Positions 31,431 through 49,866 of a stretch of 64,000 bases of DNA are shown in pieces (position 1 is the stretch's first letter; every line of letters starts with the position of its first letter). Both the position numbers and the translations under genes were made by a program. Under the pieces are notes generated by a model. The model saw only the letters and a list, made by a program, of their open reading frames with translations. It was not told where the DNA came from and searched no databases. Origin of the DNA: the human T2T-CHM13v2.0 reference genome, Homo sapiens; the NCBI RefSeq assembly GCF_009914755.1, contig NC_060944.1; one strand, given 5' to 3'.

Positions 31431-32283
31431 ATTTATTCAGAAAAATAACATTAAGCCCCTCTTCTCGAGCTTTATTAGTTCTTCTGTGGCCAAACAGGCA
31501 TGTAAGTATATGGTTATATGACTCCTTTCCACAGGGGCTGATAGAGAGTGAAAATGAACCCTAAGAGAAACAAGACTGAGGTGGATCCTGGGTGACAGCT
31601 GGATGCGAAGTTTGCTCTGTGTGTTGGGCATTCACAGAAGTGACTGTACTCTTTCCAGGATGCCCATGTCAGAAGTAGCATTCCCATGACCCTTCACCTA
31701 CCCTGGGAAGGGGGCATTTCAGGCCCTGTTATAAGCATCCTTTCCCCAACTCTCCTGCCTGCTAGTCACTCTTCCTCTCTTTACCTCAGTGCTCCCATCT
31801 GTAAAATAAGGAAGTCTGACCTATTTTATTTCAAAGAGCCTGATGTTATACATTGTCTAAAAATGGGTTTACTACAATGTGTTTAACAGATTTAAGATTT
31901 TTTAATGTGTTAAAAATATGTGTATAAGAAAAGAATATTAAAATATTAATATTATTAAAAGAATACTAAAATATTCTTTTCTGAGCCCCCTAAGTTTAAG
32001 CCCCTGGCTCTGGAAACAAGGAGTTTTCAGTTGGTTCTGATGCTATGTGACGAGTGTTAGGATAGAATGGGAGGGGCTATTGAGCAGAGATCCCAACACT
32101 CCCATAGGAAGGTAGACTTCCTGGTTTGTGGATCCTCTCTGTATATACTTCCATGACAGTTTTACCTTTTCTTCCATTCTTCTGCCTCCCCTCAGTGTAT
32201 CTAGAACAGAGCTCTGAGTGGGGAATAATCAGTTAATGCTACTGGGCAAAGGACCAATGTCCCTTTATACTTCTCTTTGCCTA

Positions 32284-32325
32284 TGACTCATGCCCTGGAC
32301 CCCGCCCCATGGAAGCAAATAAAAA
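32284..32325 (+). promoter_or_regulatory. Putative DEFB117 proximal promoter: AP-1 TGACTCA (32284-32290), GC box CCCCGCCCC (32300-32308), TATA-like AAATAAAAA (32317-32325)
   Basis: Motifs seen directly; the A-rich box aligns with ccaataaaac upstream of DEFB118 exon 1. Confidence 0.55.
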
Positions 32326-32392
32326 CCTGAGTCCAGAGCCCCATTGCAGGATGTTCTCAACTCCTGGATCTGCCACATCCTTCTCAAAGACC

Positions 32393-32449
32393 ATAAAATT
32401 CTTGCTACTGGCTCTTACTGTATTTTTGGTCCTGTTCAGATGTTCCCAG
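32393..32449 (+). pseudogene. DEFB117: DEFB117 exon 1 (signal peptide), disabled
   Basis: Paralogous to DEFB118 exon 1 (ctcctggatct...gaccATAaaattcttgctactggctctt...cccag|gtaaac); ATG>ATA and 57 nt instead of 58. Confidence 0.85.
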
Positions 32450-33312
32450 GTAAACAGAACCAAGGAAGAAGGGAAAAAGAGCTAGCATGGGGAAGTGTCC
32501 ATGGAAGGCTTAATATCTTTTCCTTCATTGAGATAGGGTTTTTGGGGATGGTTGATTAGGCTTGAATTTATTAGAATGCTTTCCTCCTAGGACAAACCTA
32601 AGGCCCCATATTGGGAATGTGTATCTGGCCAGGATCCCTGGAACCATAAAATAGGGCACGGTGTCTTATGAGAAGTCCTTTTCATACTCAGCTATAACCT
32701 CAGCATCCCAAATTGCACATGGTGCTTTGCTCCAATGTCCCAGTGACCCAACTGAGGGGCTGCCTGACTTCAGCTGTCTTTCTAATCTCTACGAAATCAT
32801 GAGTCCTGAGGCCTTTCTTGGACATTAAGTTCTATTATCACTTCATATAAAGTTCCTGTACTCCTATTCTGGGATAAAAGTATCTGCAGACCAGCTATGT
32901 GGACGAAAGTACAGGCCCTTCTGCTCCTTTCCAACCATAAAAGTCTGTGATTTTTGTTAATGATTTCCAGTAAGATTTCACAAACAAATGGCCAGAGTTT
33001 TGAAACTACTGCTTATGAAGGCCTGAATAATTTTTAGACAAGGTACCATTCTCCTCTTCTGTCTGACATTTAAAACCTTTTTTCTATGCATATATAAATC
33101 CACATAAATATATATGTACCTGTACTTCTTTTTTAACCAAAAAAGGTAACTATACTTTGCTCTAAAATTTTTAAAATTCAGCAATATATTCTAGACATCT
33201 TCCTTGTCAGCACATAAAATTTTGCCTCATTGCTTCTGGAAATTACATGTTATTCCATCATATGGATAGATCCTAATTTATATACATCTAATCTCTATTG
33301 AGTGTAAAATGA

Positions 33313-33717
<405 letters not shown>

Positions 33718-34240
33718 CTTGCACATATATTTTTATATACTTGGGTAAAAATGTCTAAACAAGTTCCTAGAAGTCAATTTGCTAGGTCGGGTAAGTGTAT
33801 CATTTTGTTTTTAATGAGCACCTTTTCTAAGTCTCCTTGGGTCATACATGACTGGATGAAATCACTTGGCTTCTAGGACAAAAAAGTAAAAGCTTTAGAA
33901 AACTCAAATTAACTTTTTCATGCAAACCTAGAAAAATTTGGGTTGTGGCAACTTCTCAACTGTAACACTGGTGTGAAAGAAAAACTAAATACTTTAAATA
34001 GTGAAGAAAATGAACTTTTAACCTAGAACTTTATATCCATCTACACTGCTACTTAAATATAGGAGCATAATAAAAAATATTATCAAGTGTAGGAGGACTC
34101 AGAATGCTTGCCACATAAAGACTGGAGGAAAAACTCAAATAAAAAGAGAAACAAATTGTACCACTGCCCTCCAGCCTGGGCAACAGAGTGAGACCCTGTC
34201 TCAAAAAAAAAAAAGAAAGAAAACTGGAGTGGCAATCTTA

Positions 34241-34605
<365 letters not shown>

Positions 34606-35054
34606 AGATTATTATTATTATCATTTGTTATTATTGAGCTACAAGAACATATTAGCAACTATAATTTCAGCTTTCAAATTTACAAAACAACAAATGACAG
34701 CACTTCATGGATAAGTCAACAATAGTATTTAGAGATCTTCAACTCAAATGTTAACACTTGATTGAGAGCAACACATTGAAGGTCTAGCCAATATATTCAA
34801 TAAGTTTGAATGTATTGAATATATATTTATATCTGGACATTTCTGTGCTCAACAGAGAGTAAGCATTCTTTTGAGCACATATAAAAATTTGCAAAAATGT
34901 CCCACATTTTAGACCACAAAGAAAACTTCATTAAAGAATAGCATGCCAAAAAAAAAGAACAGCATACAGATTGTATTCCCCTACATAATAAATAAAATTA
35001 GAAATTAACACTAAAAGAATGGCAAAGAACTCATATTTAGAAACTAACACATTA

Positions 35055-35143
35055 GTCTACAGACATACCACCCTAAATGCAACAATCTTGTCTGATCTCA
35101 GAAGCTAAGCAGGGTCAGGCCTTGTTGGGACTTGGATGGGAGA
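35055..35143 (+). pseudogene. 5S rRNA retropseudogene, 3'-truncated (about nt 1-90), no poly(A)
   Basis: gtctacagacataccaccctaaatgc...tctgatctcagaagctaagcagggtc...cttggatgggaga; TSD aaactaacacatta at 35041-35054 and 35143-35156. Confidence 0.92.
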
Positions 35144-35169
35144 AACTAACACATTAGTAAATAAACTTT

Positions 35170-35345
35170 TCCCTACCTAAGAAATCACATTTACTAACAA
35201 GCAAGTCACGTGGATGAACCAAGAACAAAATGGTGAGGTAGACCCCCTGACTGTAATAAGAGGGCATCATAAAGTTACACAGCAAAGGGCATGGATCCCA
35301 GAAGGGATAAAAAATTGGAGCCTTTTTTACAGTCAGTCTACTACA
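35170..35345. mobile_element. MLT1-type LTR fragment
   Basis: agggcatggatcccagaaggg...aattggagcctttttt...agtctactaca terminus. Confidence 0.5.
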
Positions 35346-36124
35346 TGGTATTAGAAGTCAGGACAGCATTACCTCGGAGGGGAAGAGGAACATTAATGAC
35401 TGGAAGAGGTCATGAAGAGGTTTTGTAATCCTTGTTACCTGAGTAGTTTTTTCTAAGATGATTCATCCAGCTGTATACCAATAATTAGTGTACATTTCTG
35501 GAAGTATGTTCTACTTCCGTTTAAACTCAATTTTTAAAACTCGTGCATAGATTTGTTACATATAGTGTCTAGATGTATACTTTACATAACCTTATCCAGA
35601 TTTCCTTCAGCTGTTCTTCTTCTATCCTTTTTTTCAGCATTCAAGCTGATTCTTCTATATCCTTTGGTCATTTAGCATGATATGTGGTATCACTGAAGTT
35701 ACACAGGGTAGCAAATTTCAGCCATTGTTAGTTAAGCACTGAATCCAGTTCCTAAAGGGTTCCCAAAAATCCTTTGGGAACTATTAAGATTAATAATACA
35801 ACATCAAGGCATGATGAAATGGACAATGATATCAGATGCATTTCCCAACTTATTTTTCTTTTTTCATTAAAGTATGTGGCATTAGAAAAACTATTCAGAT
35901 TCATTTAGCAATCAATAGCCAGATTTTGTTGTTGGATATCTAAGTGATGGTGGTTCTAAAAGTAAAAATTGTCAGTTGCCTGTACTCTATCCCATGAGAC
36001 TTGGTAAATTCTATGACTTACCTATACGTTTTCTGTAAAATGACCAAATGCCTTTTACAAGCATTTCTCAAAAATAAAAGCAAGCAGATTTCCATCCACC
36101 TTGGAGATGTTACATCTTTAAGCT

Positions 36125-37780
36125 AAATGTTCCTAAAATTAATATGGAACCATGAAAGACCTTGAATAGCAAAAGCAATCTTGAGCAAAAAGAACAAAGC
36201 TGATCACATCACACTACCTGACTTCAAAACATACTACAAAGTTATAGCAACCAAAACAACATAGTATTGGCATCAAAACAGACACATAGACCAGCAGAAC
36301 AAAATAGAAAACCTAGAAGTAAATTCACACAACTACAGCTAACTGATTTTAAACTAAGGTGCCAGGTACACACAATGGGGAAAGTATAGCCTCTTCAATA
36401 AGTGGTGCTGGGAAAACTGGATATCCACATGCAGAAGGATGAAACCAGACTCTTTTTTCTAATCATATACAAGTATTAACTCAAAATGGATTAAAGGCTT
36501 AAATGTAAGACCCAAAACTATGGGAAGAAACATGGGGGAAAAGCTCCACAATATTGGTCTAGGCAAGGATTTTTTGTATAAAACCTCAAAAGCACAGGCA
36601 ACAAAAGCTTGTCTAATCACATATAGACAAATGGGATTACATTAAACCAAAAAGCTTCTGCGTAGCAAAGAAAACAACTAACAGAGCAAAGAGACAACCT
36701 ACAGAATGGAGAATGTATTTATAAACCACACATCTGAAAAGGGACTAACATTCAAAACATGCAAGGAACTCAACAACAACCAAAAAAAACCCAATTTTAA
36801 AATGGGCAAAAAACCTGAATAGATATCTCTCAAAATAAGACATACAAATGGCCAACAGATATATGAAAAAAAAATGCTCAACATCACTAAGCATAAGGGT
36901 AATGTAGATCAAAACTACAACGAGATATCACCTCACTCCATTCAGAATGACTACTGTAAAAAAAAAAAGGATAGCAAGTGTTGGTGAGGATGTGGTGAAA
37001 AGGGAACACTCACATACTGCTAGTGAGGATGTAAATTAGTACAGACATTATGGAAAATGGTTTGGAGGTTCCTCAAAAAATTAACAATATAATTATTATA
37101 TGATCCAGCAATCCCACTACTGAGTATATATCCAAAGGAAATGAAATCAGTGTGTCAAAGAGATATGTGCACTCATGTTTGTTACGGCACTATTCACAAT
37201 AGCCAAGACATAGAATCAACCTCAGTGTCCACCAGCAAATGAATGAATAAAGAAAATGTGACATATATACGCAATGGAATATTATCCAGCCATAAAAAAA
37301 AATGAAATCTTGTCATTTGCGGCAACGTGGATGAACCTAGAAGACATTATGTTAAGTGAAATAAGCCAAGCACAGAAAAAGAAATACCATGTGATTGCAC
37401 TCATATGTGGACTCTAAAAAGTTGTTCTTATAGAAGTAGAGAGTAGAATAGTGGTTAACAGAGGATGGGGAAGGCAGAACAAAGGGAAGAAGGTGAGAAA
37501 CGGGTCAGTAAGTATAAAACTACAGTTAGATAGGAAGAATAAGTTCTGGTGGTCTATTGCATAGTAATATGACCAGAGTTGACAATAATATATTGTATAT
37601 TTCAAAATAGATAGAAGAGAGGTGTTTGGATATTCTCATCACAAAGCAATGATAAATGTTTAAGATAATGGATATGCTAATTTCCCTAATTTTATCATTA
37701 TACAATTTATACATATATTGAAACATCACATTGTATTCCATAAATATGTACAATTATTAAGTGTTAATTATAAACTTAAA
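36125..37780 (+). mobile_element. L1MA 3' portion (ORF2 end and 3' UTR)
   Basis: ctacctgacttcaaaacatactacaaag...; L1MA-type 3' UTR. Confidence 0.88.
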
Positions 37781-37852
37781 AAATGGTTGTCGCCTCTTAA
37801 GAATTTATTAGTGTGTGGATATTCTGGCTAAGATATAAACTTTTCTATAGTA

Positions 37853-38022
37853 CAGTGGTTCTCCCGACCACCAGCATCAGCATCACCTGGAAACCTGTTA
37901 AAAGTGCAAATTTTTAAGCCCATTACAGATCTACTGAATCAGAAACTCTGAGGGCTGGCCCAGAAACCTGTTTTAGCAAGCCCCTGGGGGAGACTGTGGT
38001 GTATGCTTAATTGTGAGAACCA
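37853..38022 (+). mobile_element. MER5A (hAT-Charlie) DNA transposon relic
   Basis: cagtggttctc...agcatcacctgg...tactgaatcagaaactctg...tgagaaccag terminal inverted ends. Confidence 0.8.
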
Positions 38023-38379
38023 GCAAATAATCTACTACAACTATGGTTCTGAGATCTCTAGTTAAAACACCGATTTTCTTCCATTTGCTGCCTCATGGAG
38101 CAATTGTTTTTTAAAACACTTTGTTGAAATATGACTGATATTCAAAAGCTGTACATATTTAATGCATACAAGTTGATGAATTTGGAGATAAGTCTACACC
38201 TGTGAAACCATCATCACCACAATCTATGGTATAAACCCGTCCTTCACCCCTAAAAGTTTCCTCCTGCCTAGCGCAATCATTTTTAAGACATTTTAAGTGA
38301 CAATTGTGGACCCAATTTCAGTTGAAATTCCTATACTTGTGGTATGGGAAATGTAAACAATTCAGCTGAGGTGGAATTA

Positions 38380-38697
<318 letters not shown>

Positions 38698-38957
38698 CAG
38701 CCTGCTTTATACAACTAATTTCACATAATCTTGCCAAATAACCCCAGTTTCTGCTATCTAGCAAGTTCCTTGGACATTGATGGTAAAATGCTTAGAAATA
38801 TGATATATACCAAACCTGGCTTTGTTTACATAATTTTCCTTAATGAATTCTCTTCAGTCTGCAGGATCGTTGTGAAGATTACAGATACAGTGGCTCTCAT
38901 TGTTATGACTATGAGCATCAATATCTTGAATTAATTACCTTTCTTTACTCTTTTCAG

Positions 38958-39088
38958 TCTGCAGGAGCCAAAAATCTTGCTGGATCATAAAAGGACACTG
39001 CAGGAAAAACTGCAAACCTGGTGAACAGGTTAAAAAGCCATGTAAAAATGGTGACTATTGCTGCATTCCAAGCAACACAGATTCTTAA
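38958..39088 (+). pseudogene. DEFB117: DEFB117 exon 2: (V)[42 protein letters not shown]
   Basis: Polypyrimidine tract plus CAG acceptor (38955-38957), phase 1; C-x6-C-x3-C-x9-C-x5-CC motif; close paralogy to DEFB118 exon 2; decayed tail to 39285. Confidence 0.92.
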
Positions 39089-39569
39089 CCACAGAGACCA
39101 TCCCCAATCACCTACCGCAAAAACCCAAACTTTTGGTAATAATTTTGGAAATAACCAAATGTATCAGTAATAATCATTATGGACCACAAGAATTTAGAGT
39201 GAAGCAGAAAAAACCGGGGGATTTCTCGGATAAGGGATTGTCAACTATTCGAGTCTCTCTTTCATGGGTCCATTAAAGCACATGACCTCCTGTCTGCTGT
39301 TACTCATCTCTGTTCTCACAGGGCTGGATTAAGACCTTGAGCTGCTCATGGCACTGAAAATATCATGGTGTCCCATCCCCACCAATATTTAATTCTAAAC
39401 AAAAACAATGATAAACTAATTAAATAGAAGGAAATCCCGAAGACTTTCAGTATTTTCCATGAAAAATACTCTCTTGTTCCTTTCAGATAAATAAATTGGA
39501 TTGGGGGGGGGGGGGGAATGATGAGAAATCGAGCCAAAAGGCAAAGGAAGCTATCAATAAAACATAACT

Positions 39570-39875
<306 letters not shown>

Positions 39876-39964
39876 CTATGAGGGTTTTAAGAAGGTGACC
39901 TTAGCCATGCAGTGACAGGATGAGTACAGAAGCCAAATTTTAGTAAGATGAATTTGGGGGAAGA

Positions 39965-44258
<4,294 letters not shown>

Positions 44259-44265
44259 AGAACTT

Positions 44266-44697
<432 letters not shown>

Positions 44698-45219
44698 TCA
44701 GCATAATAAAAATCTAATAAGTAAACAGCAATGGAAAGTTCAGGTATATTTCTTAATGGATATGGACTGCATTTATCCCTTGACAAGAGTGGCTGGCTGT
44801 GGGCAGTGGACCAGGGACTCGCGGGACACCATGGACTACATGGACTACACCCACCTAGCTTCTCCCCTGTGATGAGTCCTTCCGCTTCAGGCCTTTTTTT
44901 TTTTTTTTTTTTTACAGCCCTTCTCCATTCCCACCACCACCACTACCGTCTCAGATATGAGATCAGGCTCTGTGAATTGGGTTAGGGGTAATCCAGATTT
45001 TCCTGCTTTTCTGTAGCAAGAGCGAAAAAAGGTGTTTCTCAAGTTCTTCAGTTTAGAAAGGGTCAGGGATCTCTGCACTTATCAGGACATGTAGAGAAAC
45101 CATTCATAAAATTAAGAACATAGATTTGTATGCTTAGAAGGAACTAGAAAAGACATTCTTTATTCTATATAGAAATCCATCCTATTTAATCACTTAGACC
45201 CTGCTTGAAAAATGAGTTA

Positions 45220-45687
<468 letters not shown>

Positions 45688-45995
45688 TCACATGGCAACC
45701 CTGCTAATTCCCATCAATTATTCTCACAGTGAAAGTTATCAATTCCAGAAGAGAAAAATCAGCAACCTCCTCTGTAAAAGAGACTTTTAGAGCCGAGTAA
45801 ACAAGAGGGAGCAAAAGTTGAAACACGATGAAAATGCAACTAAAGCAATGCAGGACCTAGGCTGACTCTGGGGGTGACATCGAGGTTCCACATCCCAAAG
45901 GCAAGTCTAAATGTTGGGGTCTTCATGGACAGCTCCCAGACCTCTGATGACCCTCATGGTGCCGTTGTCAAAGGTAACATCCCAAATTATTGTAG

Positions 45996-46178
<183 letters not shown>

Positions 46179-46726
46179 GGGAATTTTTTTTTTAATGACA
46201 TTGGGTAGCATCCCCCTTTGAGTCTTATAAATGATCTCCCTCAAACTTCTGCAGCAAGTGACTTCTTGGGCAAGTCATTTTCCCTGTTGGGCACATATGT
46301 AAGAGAGGGATTTGGCTTATAGATTGACATGTGTTCATTATCGTTTATTTCCACAAACCTTCACTGAGAGCATGCTTCGTGCCTTGGGGGCTCAAAAATG
46401 AAAGACACGTTCCCTACTCTCAGGAATTTCACAGGCTGGTGCGGGGAGACACACAGATAAGTAGACCATTCAAAAGTAGGTTTATGCTAGAGTGAGAGGG
46501 GCTGTGAAGAAGGGCTGAGCCCTAATGAGAGATCGGGGAAAGCTAGGGAAGATGTCCCAGTGTGAATCTTCCCTCTCCATTGCTCCAAACACCTCCTCAA
46601 AACCTGTGACTTGTAACCCTCTGCATGCCCTCCCAGTGCCTGGATCAAATGCTCAGCTTATGTGCCACACACTAGACTGATGTTATGCATGGATAAGCTC
46701 TTAGATATCCGGCTGGTTCTGTGCCC

Positions 46727-46833
46727 ATCCCTCTGCCCCCACTGCAGAGAGGCCAATAAAACTCTTGTTCAGACTCACACTGCACACAGTATTCTGAACT
46801 CCTGGATCTACCACCTCCTGCTTCCCAAGGACC
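46727..46833 (+). promoter_or_regulatory. DEFB118: DEFB118 proximal promoter and 5' UTR; TATA-like AATAAAA at 46755-46761; Kozak gaccATG
   Basis: Conserved with the DEFB117 upstream region and with the intronic duplicate. Confidence 0.65.
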
Positions 46834-46891
46834 ATGAAACTCCTGCTGCTGGCTCTTCCTATGCTTGTGCTCCTACCCCAAGTGATCCCAG
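46834..46891 (+). CDS. DEFB118: Beta-defensin 118 exon 1, signal peptide MKLLLLALPMLVLLPQVIP
   Basis: 58-nt coding exon, phase-1 donor CCAG|gtaatc. Confidence 0.97.
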
Positions 46892-47525
46892 GTAATCAGA
46901 GGTCAGGGAAGATACAAAAATAGAGGTATAGTGGGTTCTGGCTCATGAAAATTCCAATGTGTCACGGTACTCCCCAACATGGGCAGCTCCACAGTTCCCA
47001 CACTGGGACTATGCTCCTGGCTGGGGTAAAACCTGGGAGTAGAGCAAGTTATCCTCAATAGACAGGGGCAGTCCCACCATCCAGAGTTGTCCTTGGTTCT
47101 ATATTCCAAGTTGCCGCCTAAGAAACTAGGGGAAAGCTCGGCTCACATCTGTTCTCTTTCCAGATTGTGCCAGCTTTTGAAAATGATTCCTGCAGCCCAC
47201 TTTGCTATGTTTTCTTGGCCCTAAAAGTCCTGCTATAGCTATAATGAGGTTCTTTTTGTTTTCTAATATTCTAGAATTTGGTGAACAAGTCAGAAAACAC
47301 TGGTAGAGCTGTTACACGGAAGACAGAACTGGCTTTTCTTCTTCCTTCTACAGTGAAAATCTAAGCTTTTCATAATCACTGCTTTCTTAAGTATATCTAA
47401 AGGCATGACCAGAACTTTGAAATCACTGGTGAAGAGAGCCTGTTTCTCCTTTATGTTTTTCAAGGTGCATTTCAATGTATGATCGAACTTACATAAAAAT
47501 GAATCTAAATATTTCTGTTTTATAA

Positions 47526-47952
<427 letters not shown>

Positions 47953-48194
47953 TAAAGTTGTATAGTTCTGCTGTAGGATAAGCCATATAAAGTCATATAT
48001 AGCCATTTGAGACATTTCTTAATTTTCGAACAAGACATCAATGAATATGCTTGTACAAACATTAATATATTTACATATATGGATATGGGCTTAAATAGGA
48101 TAGATTCCTAGAGGGCAGATAACCAAGTTAAATGTAAGTCTGGTGGGGGTGGGCAAGAAAATTAAAAATATATATTTGTTCCATTAATTCCTCT

Positions 48195-48402
48195 ATTCCT
48201 CTGCCCTCATTGCAGAGAGGCCAATAACTCTTGTTCAGACTCCCACTGCACACAGCGTTCTGAACGCCTGGGTCTACCCTGGCGTTCAGGGTAGGGAAAC
48301 AGGGAAACCTCTCCTGTTTCCCAGGGACCATGAAACTCCTGCTGCTGGCTCTTCCTATGCTTGTGTTCCTACCCCAAGGGATTCTGGGTAACCAGAAGTC
48401 AG
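48195..48402 (+). other. Intronic duplicate of DEFB118 promoter plus exon 1; intact 58-nt coding part 48330-48387 (MKLLLLALPMLVFLPQGIL)
   Basis: Direct alignment to 46727-46906; gaccATG and G|gtaacc donor retained. Confidence 0.9.
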
Positions 48403-48875
48403 TAATCAGAAGTTGTGTATCTTAAAGGACACTGCCAGCAGAAATTGCCAACTCTGGGGGTTTTTAGTAATTCTTCAGTTACAATTCCAGACACAAACAG
48501 GAATAATTCTGTGTGATCACTTTGAAAGCAATTGTGTCTGCTTTGAGTGCTAGTGGAGATATTGAGACTAGGAAAGAGACAGATGTGAAAGATTTTGTAC
48601 ATGAAATCCACAAGTTATAAAAACTCAGCATATGGGAAGTGAAGGAAATATTACATGATCTGGGGTTTCAAGTCTGAGTGTTAAGAGTGATAAATTGGAG
48701 CCATCCTCTTGGAGCAAAGAGTTAAGATAATGAAAGAAGCATAAAGTCTTGATGCTTTATCTTAAAAAGCCCCTACATTTGGGGAAGAAGAATAGAAATC
48801 AGTGACATTTATAGGAACAGAGATATCTCCCTACCCTCTCACCGAAAATACACAAGGGTTTTTCTATCACCATAA

Positions 48876-49208
<333 letters not shown>

Positions 49209-49229
49209 TAATCTGCATTTCTCTCATCA

Positions 49230-49560
49230 TCCTGTGATCAAAAGTTCTGAATGGCTTTCTTTCAAAGACCTGCAAGATTCTATGTGATCTCAACTCCCAT
49301 TATATTTTCTCCAGTTACTCTCCACTTAACTTACTCTATACTCACCATAACTACCTTATTGTTTTTCAGAACCTTTGAGACAGGTCCTGCCTCTAAGCCT
49401 TTGCACTTGCTGCTTCCTCTGCCTGATATATACTCTGCCCCCAGTTAGTCTCGTAGCTCGCCCTCTCTCTTCCTTCTCAAACCTCAAGGGAAGTCTTTCA
49501 CTATTTCCCTTCTAATCACACACTTCCTAAACCCCTTCCCTGCTTCGTTTCTCTCCATAA
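49230..49560. mobile_element. L2 fragment
   Basis: cctgcctctaagcctttgcacttgctgcttcctctgcctg, an L2 motif. Confidence 0.6.
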
Positions 49561-49645
49561 TGCTTATCTTTTTTTTGTATTTTCATAATGCTTATAGTAT
49601 GTATCCCACATAAAGTATGTTTTACTTTCTTCTCTTATTATCTAC

Positions 49646-49834
49646 TTTTTTTCTTTTTCTTTTTTTTCTTTTTTGAGACAGTCTCGCTCTGTTGCCCAGG
49701 CTGAAGTGCAGTGGCACGATCTCAACTCACTGCAGCCTCCGTCTCCCAGGTTCAAGTGTTTCTCCTGTCTCAGCCTCCTGAGTAGCTGTGACAATAGGCA
49801 TGCGCCACCACGCCTGGCTAATTTTTGTATTTTT
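49646..49834 (-). mobile_element. Alu right arm plus linker
   Basis: Reverse partial Alu. Confidence 0.85.
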
Positions 49835-49866
49835 GGACATATGCTTATTTTATACTTTGGTTTATA

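Noticed and set aside
38853-38866. 14-mer ttcagtctgcagga repeated exactly 100 bp upstream of the DEFB117 acceptor, whose use would correct the exon-1 frameshift
   Set aside because: The rescued frame hits TGA after 5 codons (TCT GCA GGA TCG TTG TGA)
39503-39516. G14 homopolymer downstream of DEFB117
   Set aside because: Simple mononucleotide run with no further evidence of function
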